DNA of 64,000 bases from Bdellovibrionales bacterium (lineage in GTDB: Bacteria; Bdellovibrionota; Bdellovibrionia; Bdellovibrionales; Bdellovibrionaceae). This document shows, piece after piece, positions 60,591-64,000 of this stretch. Under the pieces are notes generated by a model. That model did no database searches, was not told where the DNA came from, and saw nothing but the letters and a program-made list of their open reading frames with translations. The position numbers and the translations under genes were made by a program. Each line of letters opens with the position of its first letter. Position 1 is the stretch's first letter. The DNA lies in NCBI GenBank assembly GCA_031370005.1, contig JANMPT010000110.1:32001-96000 (forward strand). Reading direction: 5' to 3'.

Positions 60591-62204
60591 ATGAACATGC
60601 TAGCGACCCCGCTTATTCAAAAAGAAATTCAAAGACGTCGTACTTTCGCGATCATCTCTCATCCGGATGCTGGCAAAACAACTCTCACTGAGAAGTTGCT
60701 TTATCATGGCGGAGTGATTCATGAAACCGGTGAGGTCAAAGGAAAGCATGGAACAAAGGCGGTAACTTCAGACTGGATGGAGCTTGAGCGCCAAAAAGGG
60801 ATTTCAATCACCTCTTCAGTGATGACTTTCGAATATAAGCAATTGCGTGTGAATCTGCTTGATACTCCCGGCCATAAGGACTTTTCTGAGGATACTTACC
60901 GCGTTTTAATGGCTGTGGATTCTGCTTGTATGCTGATTGACGTTGCCAAGGGCGTTGAGGAACGGACAAAGAGATTATATGAGGTCTGTCGTCTTCGACA
61001 AATTCCAATTTTCACCTTTGTTAACAAACTTGATCGTGAGGGTAAAGACCCACTTTCCTTGATTGACGAAGTGGAAAAAACTTTGAATATGCAATGTTAT
61101 CCCGTGACTTGGCCTTTGGGCATCGGACAGCGTTTCCGCGGTATTTATAATCGGATCACTAAAGAGCTTTGGATCTATGATCAGCGCCGCGAAGAGGTGG
61201 AGGACTACAAGGTTATTCCTTTTACTCCAGGCAAGGATGATGCGATTTTGTTTGATTATCTTGATCGAGAATCAGCAGAGCAAGTGATTGGCGAGCTTGA
61301 GTTGATCGAGGGCGCCTTACCTCCTTTTGATGAACAAGCATTCTTAGCTGGCGAGCTTTCTCCGGTGACCTTCGGGTCGGCAAAACAAAACTTTGGAGTG
61401 GAGACATTCTTAAACTTTTTTACGCAGTATGCTCCCGGTCCTCAGTCGCGAAAAACCAAAGGGGGGGCTGCAATAGATCCTTGTGATGCAAACTTTACTG
61501 GCTTTGTATTTAAGATTCAAGCCAACATGGACAAGCGTCATCGTGACCGTATTGCTTTCATCCGTATTTGTTCTGGAAAGTTTGGTCGTGGAATGAAAGT
61601 GCAACACTCACGGCTTGATCGTGAGCTTCGCTTATCTTATGCAAGTCAGTTTATCGCTGCAGACAAGGCCACCATCGAAGACGCCTATGCGGGAGACATT
61701 GTGGGAGTGGGTGATACAGGAAATTTTGCAATTGGTGACTGCGTGTCGTCCGCGGGCAAAGTTCAATTTGAGGATATTCCAAAATTTGCACCTGAGCTTT
61801 TTGGTAAACTTTCAGTGCGAGATGCCCTGAGACGCCAGAAAATGCAAGAGGCCTTGAAGCACTTATCTGAAGAGGGTGCGATTCAGCTTTTTTATGATCC
61901 AGTCTATGGTCCCCAAGATCCCATTGTTGGTGCCGTTGGTGAGCTTCAGTTTGAAGTTTTGATTCATCGCCTAAGCGATGAGTACAACCTGGAGGTGAAA
62001 CTGACACGCTTGCCATTTACTGTGGCCCGTTGGCCACGCAGTGAAGACGGTAAACCAGTGGAGCAACTCAATGGGGGCTTTACAATTTACCGCGATATGA
62101 TCGAGCAACCGATGATTTTGCTAAACCAGGAGTGGGATCTCAACTGGGCTCAACGTGAAAATCCGAAAGTTCAATTCATGACTTCCATTAGTCGAGCGCG
62201 GTAG
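60591..62204 (+). CDS. prfC: Peptide chain release factor 3
   Basis: RRRTFAIISHPDAGKTT, DTPGHKDFSEDTYR. Confidence 0.97.
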   Translation: MNMLATPLIQKEIQRRRTFAIISHPDAGKTTLTEKLLYHGGVIHETGEVKGKHGTKAVTSDWMELERQKGISITSSVMTFEYKQLRVNLLDTPGHKDFSEDTYRVLMAVDSACMLIDVAKGVEERTKRLYEVCRLRQIPIFTFVNKLDREGKDPLSLIDEVEKTLNMQCYPVTWPLGIGQRFRGIYNRITKELWIYDQRREEVEDYKVIPFTPGKDDAILFDYLDRESAEQVIGELELIEGALPPFDEQAFLAGELSPVTFGSAKQNFGVETFLNFFTQYAPGPQSRKTKGGAAIDPCDANFTGFVFKIQANMDKRHRDRIAFIRICSGKFGRGMKVQHSRLDRELRLSYASQFIAADKATIEDAYAGDIVGVGDTGNFAIGDCVSSAGKVQFEDIPKFAPELFGKLSVRDALRRQKMQEALKHLSEEGAIQLFYDPVYGPQDPIVGAVGELQFEVLIHRLSDEYNLEVKLTRLPFTVARWPRSEDGKPVEQLNGGFTIYRDMIEQPMILLNQEWDLNWAQRENPKVQFMTSISRAR

Positions 62205-62206
62205 CT

Positions 62207-63127
62207 ATGAATCCATTAGAAATTGTTAATTTAAAAAAATCATATGGTCCTTTTGAAGCCGTTCGCGGCATAAGCTTTGAGGTGCGGCCTTCTGAAATTT
62301 TTGGTTTGCTTGGCCCTAACGGAGCTGGAAAGACCACAATCATTTCAATTGTTACTACCTTAGAAAAGCTCACTTCCGGGAAAGTAAAGGTTTTTGGCGA
62401 GGATGTTTCTGATAACCCCTTGTTCACAAAAAAACAATTGGGCGTTGTTCATCAAGAGGTGATCAACTCCGGTTATTTTGATGTAGAAGAGATTTTAGAA
62501 TTTCAATCGGGCTATTATGGGTTTCGTAAAAACACCGAACGAATTCACTTTCTTTTGCACAAGTTAAATTTGTATGAGCATCGCCGAAAAAAAGTAAAAC
62601 AACTTTCTGGCGGCATGAAACGTCGTTTGATGATTGCAAAAGCCCTGGTCCATAATCCGAAACTATTGTTGTTGGACGAGCCCACGGCGGGCGTGGATAT
62701 TACGTTGCGGGAAACCCTTTGGGATTTTGTCCGTGAACTTAAAAAAGAAGGCATGAGTATTTTACTTACGACTCACTATCTTGAGGAAGCAGAAGTGCTT
62801 TGTGATCGCGTGGGAATTATTAATCATGGGCGAGTCGAAACCATGGGGCCCACAAGGGGGATCATTAAGGATTTCACTCAGCGCGAAATGGTACTAACAT
62901 TAAACGAGGAGATCCTTGTTCCGAAGCAAATATTACTTGGAAAAGATCATAATATTTATCGAATATTAATTCCTTCCGGAGTCAATATTGGTCAGCTTTT
63001 GTCAGATCTTCACGTGGAAGGTAAAATGATTGTGGATTTGCAAATCAAAGAGGGAAGTCTTGAAGAGGCCTTTTTGCGAGTTCTTAAAAATGAAGCGGAT
63101 AGTTCTTCGAGGGAGACTCAGCCATGA
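62207..63127 (+). CDS. ABC transporter ATP-binding protein (YadG-like)
   Basis: GPNGAGKTT, LSGGMKRR, LDEPTAGVD. Confidence 0.93.
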   Translation: MNPLEIVNLKKSYGPFEAVRGISFEVRPSEIFGLLGPNGAGKTTIISIVTTLEKLTSGKVKVFGEDVSDNPLFTKKQLGVVHQEVINSGYFDVEEILEFQSGYYGFRKNTERIHFLLHKLNLYEHRRKKVKQLSGGMKRRLMIAKALVHNPKLLLLDEPTAGVDITLRETLWDFVRELKKEGMSILLTTHYLEEAEVLCDRVGIINHGRVETMGPTRGIIKDFTQREMVLTLNEEILVPKQILLGKDHNIYRILIPSGVNIGQLLSDLHVEGKMIVDLQIKEGSLEEAFLRVLKNEADSSSRETQP

Positions 63128-63900
63128 ATAGCGGTTTTGTCACTCTTTTCACTCGAGAAATTAAGAGATTCATGAAGGTTGTTGTGCAAACAGTCGTGAC
63201 TCCCTTTGTGAGTTCCTTTTTATATTTGCTAGTTTTCGGCGTGTCCTTGGGGTCTCAAGTTCAGACGCACGGAGGTGTGCCCTATCTTGCATTTTTGATT
63301 CCCGGTTTAATGATGATGGGATTAATAAACAATGCTTTTCAAAACTCATCATCTTCCATTGTCTCTTCAAAATTCTCAGGCGATCTTGAGGATATTCGTG
63401 TAGCACCCATTACGAATCAACAGATCATTTGGGCCATGAGCTTAGGCGGCGTGGTCCGAGGAAGCCTTGTGGCCTTGATTACCTACGTGGTTGGAGCTGT
63501 TTTTTACTATGCCCAACAAAACGAAATTTTGAGCATCGCCCACCCCTTTGTGTTGCTTTACTTTGTAATAATGGGGGGACTCATCTTTGGAATGATCGGA
63601 ATTGCGGTGGCATTTTGGGCAGAAACATTTGACCAGCTCAGTGCTTTTAGTGCCTTTGTACTTTTGCCCCTAACTTATCTGGGGGGTGTTTTTATTTCAG
63701 TGGCGAGTTTGCATCCCTTTTGGCAGACGGTTGCAAAAATGAATCCCTTACTTTATTTGATCAATGGACTTCGTTATGGAGTTCTCGGCGTCAGTGATGT
63801 GGAGGTCGGTCATTCAATTATTCTGAGTCTTATCGGATTTGTAGTGTTCTATGGTTTATCATTGTGGAGTCTTCGTAAAGGGTCCTTTCAGCGCTGGTAA
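63124..63900 (+). CDS. ABC-2 permease (YadH-like)
   Basis: REIKRF...QT, YLAFLIPGL, PLTYLGGVF. Confidence 0.92.
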   Translation: MNSGFVTLFTREIKRFMKVVVQTVVTPFVSSFLYLLVFGVSLGSQVQTHGGVPYLAFLIPGLMMMGLINNAFQNSSSSIVSSKFSGDLEDIRVAPITNQQIIWAMSLGGVVRGSLVALITYVVGAVFYYAQQNEILSIAHPFVLLYFVIMGGLIFGMIGIAVAFWAETFDQLSAFSAFVLLPLTYLGGVFISVASLHPFWQTVAKMNPLLYLINGLRYGVLGVSDVEVGHSIILSLIGFVVFYGLSLWSLRKGSFQRW

Positions 63901-64000
63901 TAGCCCTGCGCATTAAGTGATCTTATTTCTGGAAACTTCGCTTGGATGATGTGGGAAAAAAGCATAAGGCTTAGGCTTTAGAGGGAAAAATGTTCGAAAA

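Overview
Bacterial chromosomal segment, probably Bdellovibrionota (inferred from TIGR02147-type HTH proteins, CarD, a large subtilase and many secreted or lipoprotein ORFans). Bases 1-28500 are mostly housekeeping: tcdA 3' end, DHS-like gene, slyD, RRM protein, MATE, NifU, fbaB, lysS, HD-GYP, recG, subtilase, carD, gltX, cysS, uvrBC, murJ. About 28.5-37.9 kb holds accessory secreted, lipolytic and membrane genes. About 37.96-57.78 kb is a decayed, layered defence island at the 3' end of tRNA-fMet (57778-57854, minus strand), with two degenerate copies of the tRNA 3' end. It carries several toxin-antitoxin or Fic modules, an intact IS4 with a 9-bp target duplication, a JetD fragment, a broken type I RM locus, a tRNA-Arg pseudogene and a five-repeat Zn-ribbon protein. 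After the tRNA come trhO, prfC and an ABC transporter. The main find is an apparently intact Lamassu/ABC-three-component operon (54672-57195) whose LmuA has no enzymatic effector domain, only a short N-terminal motif QKVSGNNNITAGGDI. Overlapping its start is a 58-aa ORF missing from the ORF track (57358-57182), with one hydrophobic helix and a matching C-terminal motif QKVKGDGNTTVGGDY (9/15 identical). This matches the layout of amyloid-signalling receptor/effector pairs and suggests a Lamassu that signals by amyloid templating to a membrane micro-effector. Family calls come from motif recognition only; no searches were run.
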